A stretch of DNA of 45,285 nt from Candidatus Planktophila sp. (lineage in GTDB: Bacteria; Actinomycetota; Actinomycetes; Nanopelagicales; Nanopelagicaceae). Made by a program: the position numbers and the translations under genes. Positions 20,025-29,271 of this stretch are shown piece by piece; the first letter of the stretch is position 1; every line of letters starts with the position of its first letter. The notes under the pieces were generated by a model. It worked only from the letters and a program-made list of their open reading frames with translations, searched no databases and was not told the origin of the DNA. Location: positions 1 through 45,285 of the forward strand of contig CAXNDQ010000001.1 of the NCBI GenBank assembly GCA_964201275.1, written 5' to 3'.

Positions 20025-20698
20025 TGTTGGTTTTATCTGTAAAGCTTCTCTTTGCCCCCCTCTTTGTTATTGGAACCTACTTCATACAAAAGAGATTTGG
20101 CGCACGCTGGGGTGGCATCTCTATGGCTGTCCCATTCATTCTCGTGCCGATTTTGTTAGTTATCTATCTCCAACATGGCAGTGATTTTCTCTATGACTCA
20201 ATTGTTGGCTCTTATGCAGGACAGATCGCTCTACTTTTCTTCATCGCGACCTACACTCGTATGGCACCGCGCTTTAATTGGCCAATTTGTATTGCTGCTT
20301 CTACATCAGCATTTCTAATTGGTGTCGCGATTCTGAATCCCCTCATAAAAGATCTTTGGGTAGGTATTGCGCTCTGGATAATTGTTTGGACGATCTCCGT
20401 CAAAAGATTTGTTGCTTACGACAGAAATGCCAAACTTCCCCCTGCACCCAAGTGGGATATTTGGTTAAGAGTCGCATCGGCGCTCTTTCTTATATTCACA
20501 ATTACGCAATTTGCTGAAAACCTTGGGCCGCAATTATCTGGGGCATTTGCAACTTATCCCGTGATGACTTCAATTATGTCCACATTTAATCATTATCGAT
20601 TTGGTCCAAATTCTTCCACCGCCCTTATGCATGGCCTATTGCAATATCTTCCAGCTACTTCGCTATTAATTCTCCCTCTTTCGGCAATATTGCTTTAA
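20024..20698 (+). CDS. Integral membrane protein of unknown function
   Basis: 224 aa, about 7-8 hydrophobic segments with a two-fold internal repeat (RFGARWGG / NLGPQLSG). Translationally coupled to the creatininase-like gene. Confidence 0.7.
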   Translation: MLVLSVKLLFAPLFVIGTYFIQKRFGARWGGISMAVPFILVPILLVIYLQHGSDFLYDSIVGSYAGQIALLFFIATYTRMAPRFNWPICIAASTSAFLIGVAILNPLIKDLWVGIALWIIVWTISVKRFVAYDRNAKLPPAPKWDIWLRVASALFLIFTITQFAENLGPQLSGAFATYPVMTSIMSTFNHYRFGPNSSTALMHGLLQYLPATSLLILPLSAILL

Positions 20699-20752
20699 TT
20701 AAATACCTGGAAATCAATAACTTTTCCAGCATATAACAAGTAATAAAAAGCA

Positions 20753-20781
20753 TTGACTTGCGCTTTACTCATTTATAGATT
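20753..20781 (+). promoter_or_regulatory. SigA-type promoter of ceramidase-like paralog 5
   Basis: TTGACT (20753-58), 17-bp spacer, TAGATT (20776-81). Confidence 0.6.
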
Positions 20782-20800
20782 TGGTACTAAAGGCGATTAA

Positions 20801-22264
20801 ATGAGAGTGGGTCAGTCAATGTCCGGTCTAAGAGTTGGTGCTGCATCGGCAAATATCAATCCACCTATGGGTTTAAGAAAAGGTGGATTTAGACTTTTCG
20901 GCGAGCCAATCACTTCGGTTGATGACGATATGGAATTAGGCGTTGCAGTTCTGCAATCTAAAGGTGCAACGATCGCGATCATCGGCTGTGACCTGGGCAG
21001 CGCGACCAGAGAAGAATCACACGAATTCAGAGATACCGTTGCGGAAATTTTAAAGATTGATCGTTCCCATGTTCTCTTTAACCTTAGCCATAACCATAGC
21101 GCCGCTACTCTTCGAGGAAATAATGGCAGCCCAAGCAATGAAGAAGATCTTCCACTAGTAAATGAATATCAAAATGGCCTCGTAGACAAGATCGCACAGT
21201 GCACTCGTTCAGCCCTTGCGAATATGAAGGATGCCAGAATGGCGCATGCTTGGGGTGCTGCTGATTTAAATGTTTATCGCCGCGAGTGGAATAACGGTCA
21301 AGATATCCTCGGTGAAGTTATCGGACATCCTGTTGATGACAGCGTTGGTGTAATTCGATTTGATGATTTATCTGGCAAGGCAATCGTTACTTTCTTTAGA
21401 TATTCATGCCATCCAGTCGTAAATGGCGCCGTCTCAACTACGCTCTCCGCAGATTTCCCGGGACCAGCTCGCAAACTGGTTGAGGAGAAAGTTGGCGGTA
21501 TCGGAATATTCCTGCAAGGTTGCGGAGGCAACGTAAATCCAAAAGTTGGAATCGGATACGAGAAGGATTGCAGCGAATCGGTATATCGAGTTGGTACCGC
21601 GCTCGGGGCAGAAGTTGTCCGAATCGCACTTGGGCTAAATACTCATCGCTTCCAAGGCGATCGAACCACGCTCAATAATGTGCCAAATATTCTTTTCAAG
21701 CCTTGGCAAGCACGCACTGATCATCCAGAAGTAACTCTCGCTGGAGCTGAAGAGGTCGTTAAGTTTAGATTCTCCCCACTGCCTGATGAAGGCCACCTGC
21801 GCACCCAAGAAGCGCATTGGCGAAAAGAAATTGAAGATCGAATCGCACGTGGTGCACTCTCTTGGGAAATACGTTCTGCAAAGACAACTTACGCCTGGGT
21901 TGCAGCGACACTCGCCAGATTGAGTGACCCGAATCCAACAGATGATTTCTTAGCGCACGCGATACGTATCGGAGATATCGCACTGGTTGGTCTTGGTGTA
22001 GAAGCGTTCTTCCAAACTGGTGAAGAAATCCGAGCCAAATCACCAATGACAGAGACCTTCGTTCTTGGTTACTCAAACGGAACAATTATGTATCTGCCGA
22101 GAAAAGAAGATTTCCCAGAAGGTGGTTGGAAATATCCAAATACACATGCACTGCCTGACTTACTGCCACAGGTTTACTGTCAGCCAGCGCTCTGGCATCC
22201 GGATTCAGAACAAGAAGCAGTTGCTGCAGCGCTACGTGCGCTAGAACGTGTAGCTAGCGCTTAG
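20801..22264 (+). CDS. Neutral/alkaline ceramidase-like metallo-amidohydrolase, paralog 5
   Basis: SHNHSA, VYRRE, YSCHPV, FLQGCGG, GVEAF, GYSNG..MYLP. Alternative start at 20819. Confidence 0.8.
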   Translation: MRVGQSMSGLRVGAASANINPPMGLRKGGFRLFGEPITSVDDDMELGVAVLQSKGATIAIIGCDLGSATREESHEFRDTVAEILKIDRSHVLFNLSHNHSAATLRGNNGSPSNEEDLPLVNEYQNGLVDKIAQCTRSALANMKDARMAHAWGAADLNVYRREWNNGQDILGEVIGHPVDDSVGVIRFDDLSGKAIVTFFRYSCHPVVNGAVSTTLSADFPGPARKLVEEKVGGIGIFLQGCGGNVNPKVGIGYEKDCSESVYRVGTALGAEVVRIALGLNTHRFQGDRTTLNNVPNILFKPWQARTDHPEVTLAGAEEVVKFRFSPLPDEGHLRTQEAHWRKEIEDRIARGALSWEIRSAKTTYAWVAATLARLSDPNPTDDFLAHAIRIGDIALVGLGVEAFFQTGEEIRAKSPMTETFVLGYSNGTIMYLPRKEDFPEGGWKYPNTHALPDLLPQVYCQPALWHPDSEQEAVAAALRALERVASA

Positions 22265-23700
22265 CTATTTGCTTTGTATAGTTGATTCAGAAGTGCGATC
22301 GATTCAGTAGCGATCATCTCCCCCGCCTCTGGTGCAAACGGTGCTGGATGTCCATATCCGCGTTGGGCAACTGATGGCTCATATCCCCCGTAAGGATATT
22401 CAGCGCGCGTTGAGATGTAACCTAAAACTCCTTGGCAGTACCCGGCAAAGATAGTTGCCTTAAATGGGGATGCTTGTCTAACTTCATAACCAATTTCGGT
22501 AAATACTTCGCCCGGAGTTCCGACAATTGCAACATCTCCAAGTCGCGCCACCCATAGTTCGCCTTCGACAAAAGTTGGCAGCGATGTTGTGGCTGATAAA
22601 TTAACAAATTTTTCTAGCCAAGCAATGTGATAACCAATTGGATTTAAAACCTCACGCCCCGCACCAGCGGCTTTTTTCCCTTCAAAATCAGCCTTCTTGG
22701 CCGCTAATTCTTCTTGCATTTCGCTAACGCTCATCGCAGGATTTAGTGGTAATTGCAGAACTTTTCTGATCGATGCAATTTGTTGGGGTGACTGCGGTTG
22801 CTTTACTCGTTTGCGATAGAGAGCAATTGGAGTAACTGATCCGTAGGCAATTCGCTCAATTTCGATTTCGCGTGGCTCTGCATCGGCGACTGCGTGAACT
22901 GCTTCAAGACCTAGACGCTTACCCATCAAAACTTCGGGACCAGGATGATCAAAGAATGCTTCCAGCGGCAAAATATTTCCCGCTGCACCTTGTAAGAAGA
23001 GGCAGATTCCGCCACGGATTAACTCAACTTGGTTACGAAGAGGCCCAATGAAGTCACTTCCGCTGTATGGAACTTCACCGCCCAGTGATACTGGATGACA
23101 ACCAAATCCAACCAGGGTTGCTATTGCATCTCCCGTCAGGCTATCAATTCTGATGGTGGGCACTTCTTCATCAATAAAGTTCTCTTTATTCCAGCCGAGA
23201 ATAGTTCTTCCATCTTCGGTGCGCTCTCTGCGATTAACGGCGATGCCAGGTGCGATACCTGTGCCACCGGAAATTCGTGCCGGCTTTAATCGCGCCATCG
23301 CTTTAACTACTGCGCTTGCATAATCAAAAGGTAGCCTTTCAAAATATGCGACCTCTCCAGGGGTTAGCTCTGCATATTCGCCGTGCAACTTCTCGCCGTG
23401 CTCTCTCGGCCACAGCCCAGCGTGTGAATGGCTTACATTTAAAAGAATTGAGTCATATTTAATTCCAGATGCGATTGAGATCGTGGATCTAATTCGATCT
23501 GCAAAGTAAGGATCGATATTTGCTAAATCTGCGGTGAGAATCGCCATTTGGGTTGTGCCGTTAGTAATAACAACGGCGCGAACTTGGCATTCATCTAATG
23601 AATCTCGCACAGCAAATGCACGACGGACAAAACCTTGAGGATCTGCGGGCAGCGGTGGATCGATATTTACAACGGCTGCGCCTGCGAGAAGTTCTGCCAT
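22261..23700 (-). CDS. Neutral/alkaline ceramidase-like metallo-amidohydrolase, paralog 6
   Basis: SHSHAG, AVNRRE, FGCHPV, FLQGAAG, PGEVF, GGYE. Start at ATG 23700 with SD GAGGTG. Confidence 0.8.
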   Translation of the reverse strand: MAELLAGAAVVNIDPPLPADPQGFVRRAFAVRDSLDECQVRAVVITNGTTQMAILTADLANIDPYFADRIRSTISIASGIKYDSILLNVSHSHAGLWPREHGEKLHGEYAELTPGEVAYFERLPFDYASAVVKAMARLKPARISGGTGIAPGIAVNRRERTEDGRTILGWNKENFIDEEVPTIRIDSLTGDAIATLVGFGCHPVSLGGEVPYSGSDFIGPLRNQVELIRGGICLFLQGAAGNILPLEAFFDHPGPEVLMGKRLGLEAVHAVADAEPREIEIERIAYGSVTPIALYRKRVKQPQSPQQIASIRKVLQLPLNPAMSVSEMQEELAAKKADFEGKKAAGAGREVLNPIGYHIAWLEKFVNLSATTSLPTFVEGELWVARLGDVAIVGTPGEVFTEIGYEVRQASPFKATIFAGYCQGVLGYISTRAEYPYGGYEPSVAQRGYGHPAPFAPEAGEMIATESIALLNQLYKANS

Positions 23701-23729
23701 GAGACACCTCAATCAAGGGTTTGAGTTAT

Positions 23730-23743
23730 TGGAAAGGTTTCCA
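23730..23743. promoter_or_regulatory. Candidate LacI-family operator TGGAAAGGTTTCCA
   Basis: 13/14 match to the palindrome. Lies 2 bp downstream of a minus-strand -10 TACACT (23746-51), with -35 TTGACC at 23770-75. Confidence 0.8.
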
Positions 23744-23797
23744 GTAGTGTAAATCATGCAATTTGAAGCGGTCAATGGTTGGAGAGAAGGTCATCAG

Positions 23798-24658
23798 ATG
23801 GAAGTAAATCTTCGTCGATCACTGCTCGCCGTTCCAGCAAGTTCTGTAAAAATGATTGAAAAATCAAAGGGGCTTGCTTGTGATCAAATCCTCTTTGATC
23901 TTGAAGATTCAGTTGCTCCGAATGAGAAGGTAAGTGCGAGATCCAATCTGATCGAACTTTTCTCTGGAAAACCAACTTTTCGCGCCCGATATATATCTAT
24001 TCGAGTCAACGCGACGAACTCTAAATACTTTGAGGATGATCTGGCCGCACTTTCTCAAATTCCAACAGATGCGATCTTCTCAATTGTTCTTCCTAAAGTC
24101 GAAAGCGCGAGCCAAATTGATTTATTGAGAAAGTCATTCTTAATTGATGCGCAGATCGAGAGCGCTGCCGGACTTGCCAACGTAGAGAGCGTCGCTGCAC
24201 ATCCCCGCTGCCTTTCGTTATCTTATGGTCCACTCGATTTTGCGGCAGATCTTGGCGCATCACTAGATGATCTAAGTGAGAGCGACCTCAAGGAATTTAC
24301 GCTTTACCCACTAATGAAAATCCTGGTTGCCGCCCGCGCAAATGAAAAACTGGCCTTTGATGGCCCAGAAGTTGATATCCGAAATTCAGAGAAATTTGCC
24401 CAGGGTGCTACGCGAGTACGTGCCCTAGGTTTCGACGGCAAGTGGGTTATTCATCCAGATCAGATTGAACTCTGTAATGAGATTTTTACACCAAGTGATA
24501 GCGAGTACCAAGGCGCTAGCGAGCTAATTGCCAAGTATGAGAATGCAAAAAGCCAGGGGCTTGGGGCTATCTCCGTTGGCGATCTAATGATCGATGAAGC
24601 GTCACTACGCAGCGCGGCAAAGATTGTTGCTCGACGCCAAGCCTTTGACGCCAGCTAA
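23798..24658 (+). CDS. CitE/HpcH-family acyl-CoA lyase
   Basis: RSLLAVP, DLEDSV, VRVN-like IRVN, LPKVES, IES, GPLDF, GFDGKWVIHPDQI. Start at ATG 23798. Confidence 0.9.
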   Translation: MEVNLRRSLLAVPASSVKMIEKSKGLACDQILFDLEDSVAPNEKVSARSNLIELFSGKPTFRARYISIRVNATNSKYFEDDLAALSQIPTDAIFSIVLPKVESASQIDLLRKSFLIDAQIESAAGLANVESVAAHPRCLSLSYGPLDFAADLGASLDDLSESDLKEFTLYPLMKILVAARANEKLAFDGPEVDIRNSEKFAQGATRVRALGFDGKWVIHPDQIELCNEIFTPSDSEYQGASELIAKYENAKSQGLGAISVGDLMIDEASLRSAAKIVARRQAFDAS

Positions 24659-24664
24659 ATTAAA

Positions 24665-25789
24665 TTACTTCTCTGTTCGGCGCGTATTAATTCGATACTT
24701 ATCTGCGTAATCACGATCTAGCTCCCAGCCAAGACCAGGGGCATCTGTGAGCGTAATATTGCCGTTTTTTAGCGCAGGGCGATTGGCGATCAGGTTATGC
24801 CAGATCGGATCACGATCCTTATGGAAGAACTCTAAGTAAGTTCCGTGTGGAATTGACGCAAGTAGGTGTGAGGCTGCTTGTGGTTCCTCATGGTGTGCCA
24901 TCTTGATGTCATATAGATGAGCTGTAGATGCCGCACGGCGCCATTCAGTTGGGCCACCTGACCAAGATGAATCAAAGTTACAGAAATCTATTGCGCCAAC
25001 TTCCATTAGGTCGCGACAGCCTGCTGCAGAAAATTCGGTCTGACCCGCGCAGACAGATACACCACCGGCATATCTGACATCACGCATTGCACGCTTGTCG
25101 TTCTGCCAAATACAAGGTTCTTCAAACCACAGCAGGTTATCGCCCTGTACTAAGTGTGAAAATTCAATTGCTTGCGGAACCGTGTAACCCTGATTGGCAT
25201 CTACTGCGATTCTCAAGTTATCGCCACCATATTTGCGCGCTTCCTTAAATCGCTTGGCATCTTCCTTAGGAGTTAAGCCACCAATTTTGAATTTCATTCC
25301 GGCAAATCCTTGCTCAACAAGTGACTCAACTTCTTCTTGAATTGTCATCTCACTGTTGTAGTAACCACCGATAGTGATCACGGGAATCCAATTTCTGTAC
25401 CCACCCCAGAGTTTGTGAAGCGGAGTAGAAAGTGAACGCGCATAAAGATCCCAAAGAGTTAGATCAATTGATGCAGTTGCAACGAGACCTAGACGGCGAT
25501 CTCGTAAAATATCCCAAGTGGCTGGGCGGGCAATCTCCCAAAGTCGTTCAATTGCAGATCCATCTTCTCCCAGGATCTTTGGTGCAATCTCGTCATGAAT
25601 TATTGAATCAATCTCAGCAAGACCTGCGTCTTCATCGCCTGCGTAAGCTTCACCAACTAAGCCACCGGCGGTATAAATCCTGGTGATGATCGTTGATCTA
25701 TGAGTCATCTTGTAGTGACTGCCCCGGTAGGTGCGAACCAGCGGGACTCTGATCTGCTCAGTCTCAATTGCCGTGATGGTTAAATCCAT
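24665..25789 (-). CDS. Mandelate racemase/muconate lactonizing enzyme (enolase superfamily), copy 2
   Basis: KFK motif, DANQ, FEEP, His in HHE, PGLGW. Confidence 0.9.
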   Translation of the reverse strand: MDLTITAIETEQIRVPLVRTYRGSHYKMTHRSTIITRIYTAGGLVGEAYAGDEDAGLAEIDSIIHDEIAPKILGEDGSAIERLWEIARPATWDILRDRRLGLVATASIDLTLWDLYARSLSTPLHKLWGGYRNWIPVITIGGYYNSEMTIQEEVESLVEQGFAGMKFKIGGLTPKEDAKRFKEARKYGGDNLRIAVDANQGYTVPQAIEFSHLVQGDNLLWFEEPCIWQNDKRAMRDVRYAGGVSVCAGQTEFSAAGCRDLMEVGAIDFCNFDSSWSGGPTEWRRAASTAHLYDIKMAHHEEPQAASHLLASIPHGTYLEFFHKDRDPIWHNLIANRPALKNGNITLTDAPGLGWELDRDYADKYRINTRRTEK

Positions 25790-25816
25790 TGGGGCGCCTC
25801 CCTATAATTTGCCTAT

Positions 25817-25830
25817 AGCAAACGTTTCCA
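25817..25830. promoter_or_regulatory. Candidate LacI-family operator AGCAAACGTTTCCA
   Basis: 12/14 match. Lies 4 bp downstream of minus-strand promoter TTGTCA (25858-63)-N17-TACTCT (25835-40), in the region divergent from the LacI gene. Confidence 0.8.
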
Positions 25831-25990
25831 GTTAAGAGTACCTTGGGCCAAGGGCGCTGACAAGAGTTAGTTTCCGAAGAATTGGCCGCGAATGCGTGAA
25901 GTTCTTTGATATCCAGGATCTGTTCCAGGAAATCGAAGAAAGATATTCACTTATTTGGCGGATGTATCAAACCTAAAGAGGAGTTTAGAA

Positions 25991-27031
25991 GTGCCTAGTG
26001 AGAAATCAGAAAACGGACGTTCGGTAAATCAGCGCGTAACTATCCGCGAGGTCGCCGCAAAAGCTGAGGTTGCGCTCTCCAGTGTTTCACGCGCTCTCTC
26101 TGGCCATCCTGATGTTTCCGATGAAATGCGTAAGCGTGTAAAAGATGTGGCCGACGAGTTAGGTTACGAACCAAATCTTGTTGCGCAATCACTTCGCAGC
26201 GGTGTTACACGAACTATTGGATTTGTTGTCCGCGATATCAACAATCCAATGTTCGCACTCCTTGCCCGTTCTTGCGAACACGAATTACGTCGCAATGGCT
26301 ACTCCATGATCTTGGTTAACTCCGATGGAAATATTGAAAATGAGAATCGCAACTTTTCACTTCTTCGTCGTCGGCGAGTTGATGGAATCATCGCATCCCT
26401 CGTTTCAGAAGATTCGCCATACTTAAGAAAAAATCTAGCTGGACCGCGTTGTCCTATTGTCTTGCTAGATCGTGAAGTAAAAGGCGTTAATGCAAGCGCA
26501 GTACTTGCAGATCACGCAGCAGGAGTGCATGAAGCGGTTACTCACTTGTTGAAAGCTGGCCACCGCGAGATTGCCTTTGTGACAGGATCAAATAACGTTT
26601 ACCCAACTAGAAATAGATTGCAAGGATTTACCAAAGCATTTGAAGATGCCAAGATAAAGATGCATCCTGATTTAATGGCGATCGGCGGATTCGATGCCGA
26701 ATACGCGCTCTCACATGCACGAATTTTGCTCCATCGAAGCCCTGCTCCTACTGCAATTCTCGCCGGCGGCCATGGCGCTTTAATGGGAATCAGCCGCGCG
26801 CTGAAAGAAAAGAATTTGACTATGGGTAAAGAGATTGCATTTATCGCACTTGATCAATTGCCTTATTTAGAAGTCTTTTCTGACAATATCTCAACGGTTT
26901 ATCGCGACACAGAAGCAATTGGACGAGAAGCTGCAAGGCTAATTCTTGAAGGAATTGAAGGAGAAAAACCGCGCGTAAGTTTAATTGAGACTCAATTTAT
27001 CGAGCGAGCGAGCTCGCAGGGCGGTATTTAG
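25991..27031 (+). CDS. LacI-family transcriptional regulator
   Basis: HTH VTIREVAAKAEVALSSVSRAL, hinge YEPNLVAQSL, periplasmic-binding-fold effector domain. Start at GTG 25991 with SD GAGGAG. Confidence 0.95.
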   Translation: MPSEKSENGRSVNQRVTIREVAAKAEVALSSVSRALSGHPDVSDEMRKRVKDVADELGYEPNLVAQSLRSGVTRTIGFVVRDINNPMFALLARSCEHELRRNGYSMILVNSDGNIENENRNFSLLRRRRVDGIIASLVSEDSPYLRKNLAGPRCPIVLLDREVKGVNASAVLADHAAGVHEAVTHLLKAGHREIAFVTGSNNVYPTRNRLQGFTKAFEDAKIKMHPDLMAIGGFDAEYALSHARILLHRSPAPTAILAGGHGALMGISRALKEKNLTMGKEIAFIALDQLPYLEVFSDNISTVYRDTEAIGREAARLILEGIEGEKPRVSLIETQFIERASSQGGI

Positions 27032-27041
27032 TTACCTAAAG

Positions 27042-28247
27042 ATGAGTACCGCCTCCCGAAGTTGGTCAGATCAAGAGTTAATCGGCGCTGCTTTAGCGTC
27101 CTTTGAAATTAGCGACGCAGACCGCGAACGTGCCGGCCTACTCTTTGCCGACTATCTACATTTAGCGCTTTCTGGCAAGAAAAAAGTATCTTCCCAATTT
27201 GGTGATGACCCACTTTCTAACGTTGCCTATTTCGCGAAAGTATCTAGCGTCTCAGATTTGGACGATGTCAATTGGAAGCAGCTCACCCACCCGGGGTCAA
27301 TAATTTTTTCTTCCCTGCTCCCCTTTCTATTTCGTAAAGAAATTAACTCAAAGAACTTTCTCCGTGCTGTAATTTCAGGTTTTCACGGATCCAGTCTCTT
27401 TGCCCAAACTCTTCAGCCAACTCACTCTCGAAACTGGCATGCCAGTGCGACTTCAGGAATATTTGGAGCCGCGCTTGCAACTGCTAATTTGCTTGGGGTA
27501 AGTGATGATCAGAAAGCACAAGCCCTCCATTTCGCATCAGCATCAGTCGGCGGTAGCGCAAATGCGACGCGCTCACAGAACGGTGCAACTCGTTTCACTC
27601 GAATTCATGCCGCGCTGATGGGGTCGATGTCGACGTTAGAAGCGGCAGAGTCTTCTCCGGCTCCGCTATATATTGTTGATGGTCCGGGTGGTTTGAGTGA
27701 GCGTTTCGGCGTCGTTGATCACCTTCCAACAACAAAACCAAACGATGCAATCCATCAGATTTCAATTCGCTATTTTCCTTATAGCGGGTTCTCACATAAC
27801 GCACTTGAAAAACTGGAAACTCATTTGCCGATTGATTCAAAGACTGTGAAATCGATTGAATTACAGCTTCACGAGCCGCTTTTTACGCTGATTGGCTCAA
27901 GCAATAAGGGTCCTTGGTGGGACCTAGCAGCGGCAATTTCAAACACGATTGCAAATGGTGATCCATTTGATTCTAAAACAGCCTCACTTAACGCCGATAT
28001 AAAAATTGAGAAGATTGAAGCAGCAACTTCATCGGCCAGAATCAAGTTATCAAGCAGTGAGATTGCCTTTGACTTTGGAATTCAGGATCGAATTGGAATA
28101 GATCCGATCGATATCCCCCGCATCCAGCGCAAATGGTCAACTCTTTACCGCGAAAGTGCAGAATTAACAGAAATTGCCAGCCAGATTATTGACGGCTCAG
28201 GAAGTGCGATTGCTGAATTAAAGAAACTTATTCAGGCAACTGATTGA
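27042..28247 (+). CDS. MmgE/PrpD-family protein (divergent)
   Basis: DLDD...THPG, WHAS..G.FGAA, GPGGL. Start at ATG 27042. Confidence 0.72.
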   Translation: MSTASRSWSDQELIGAALASFEISDADRERAGLLFADYLHLALSGKKKVSSQFGDDPLSNVAYFAKVSSVSDLDDVNWKQLTHPGSIIFSSLLPFLFRKEINSKNFLRAVISGFHGSSLFAQTLQPTHSRNWHASATSGIFGAALATANLLGVSDDQKAQALHFASASVGGSANATRSQNGATRFTRIHAALMGSMSTLEAAESSPAPLYIVDGPGGLSERFGVVDHLPTTKPNDAIHQISIRYFPYSGFSHNALEKLETHLPIDSKTVKSIELQLHEPLFTLIGSSNKGPWWDLAAAISNTIANGDPFDSKTASLNADIKIEKIEAATSSARIKLSSSEIAFDFGIQDRIGIDPIDIPRIQRKWSTLYRESAELTEIASQIIDGSGSAIAELKKLIQATD

Positions 28248-29271
28248 GGTCGCTGTAACTCTCCCCGATTAGCATCAGACAATCCCCGCGCTTAACACGC
28301 GGATAACCGCGAATTACTCCAATTGTTCCGGATCGTCCAGCGTGAACCAGATGAGGTTTACGGTCTGCCGAATCTGGGAAGTGAATCGCACCGATTACTT
28401 CGCCCTTTTCTACTTTCTCACCAAGTCTCTTCTTGTTTTGATAAAGACCTTCTTCTTCAGCCCAGTGGTAAGTGGCGCCGCCTCGCATATCTATAAATTC
28501 ACGATTTTCGATCTTAATTTGGTGATCATAACCTTCGCTATGAAAGTCCGGCTTCAGCAAGGCGATACTTTTCAGTGCTGATATCAGTGCAGCTCTGGTG
28601 ATCCGATTGCTGGTGGCAGACGTAACGCCGGATCCACCAAATTCTCCCGTAAAGAGTGATTTGCCTAGGCTTGCAACATATCCAGGCAGTAGTGATTGCT
28701 CATTTGTACCTGGGTGCGATGGGAAGATCAAAGAGTAACGGGTTTTCCATCCATTTAAATTCTTTATCAAATCGCTTCGATATTTCTTATCATCACTCCA
28801 CGTAGCAGTTGCGCTCTCGAGGAAGTGGTGTCCTCTTCCTCCGCTATGGATATCGATTACAACATCGACTCGAGGAATCAATTCGGTTGCCAAATAATGG
28901 GCGATTTTCTCGGGAATTCTGCCATTTTCATCACCCGGAAATATGCGATTAAAATTAGTGCCATCGGCCCAAAGGCGAGTACTGGCAAAGCTTGCCGGAT
29001 ATGAAACAGATGGGATCGCAATCAATTCTCCTGCGATGTCACCTACATTTAGTTCACGCATTAAATTGGCGATCGCAAATTGACCCTCGTATTCATCGCC
29101 GTGATTGCCACCGATGATTAAGACCTTTGGACCTGGTCCTGAATTAATGGAATGAATTGGCAAGTTGAAGATCGCCCAACCGCTGGTATTGGTCGAATCG
29201 CCGGCTTTTAGGTATCCAGATTCCTTGCCGCGCTTATCGAAATCGATTGAGGATGAAACTGTTCCGCTCAT
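28228..29271 (-). CDS. Succinylglutamate desuccinylase/aspartoacylase family deacylase (DoeB/EutE-like), copy 1
   Basis: GGNHGDEYEG, NFNRIFPG, DIHSGG, GEFGG, C-terminal barrel-sandwich domain. Confidence 0.88.
   Translation of the reverse strand: MSGTVSSSIDFDKRGKESGYLKAGDSTNTSGWAIFNLPIHSINSGPGPKVLIIGGNHGDEYEGQFAIANLMRELNVGDIAGELIAIPSVSYPASFASTRLWADGTNFNRIFPGDENGRIPEKIAHYLATELIPRVDVVIDIHSGGRGHHFLESATATWSDDKKYRSDLIKNLNGWKTRYSLIFPSHPGTNEQSLLPGYVASLGKSLFTGEFGGSGVTSATSNRITRAALISALKSIALLKPDFHSEGYDHQIKIENREFIDMRGGATYHWAEEEGLYQNKKRLGEKVEKGEVIGAIHFPDSADRKPHLVHAGRSGTIGVIRGYPRVKRGDCLMLIGESYSDLNQLPE

Noticed and set aside
540-23700. Calling the six paralogs true sphingolipid ceramidases
   Set aside because: They have no signal peptides, are shorter than characterised ceramidases and sit among small-molecule catabolic genes. 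Only the fold is supported.
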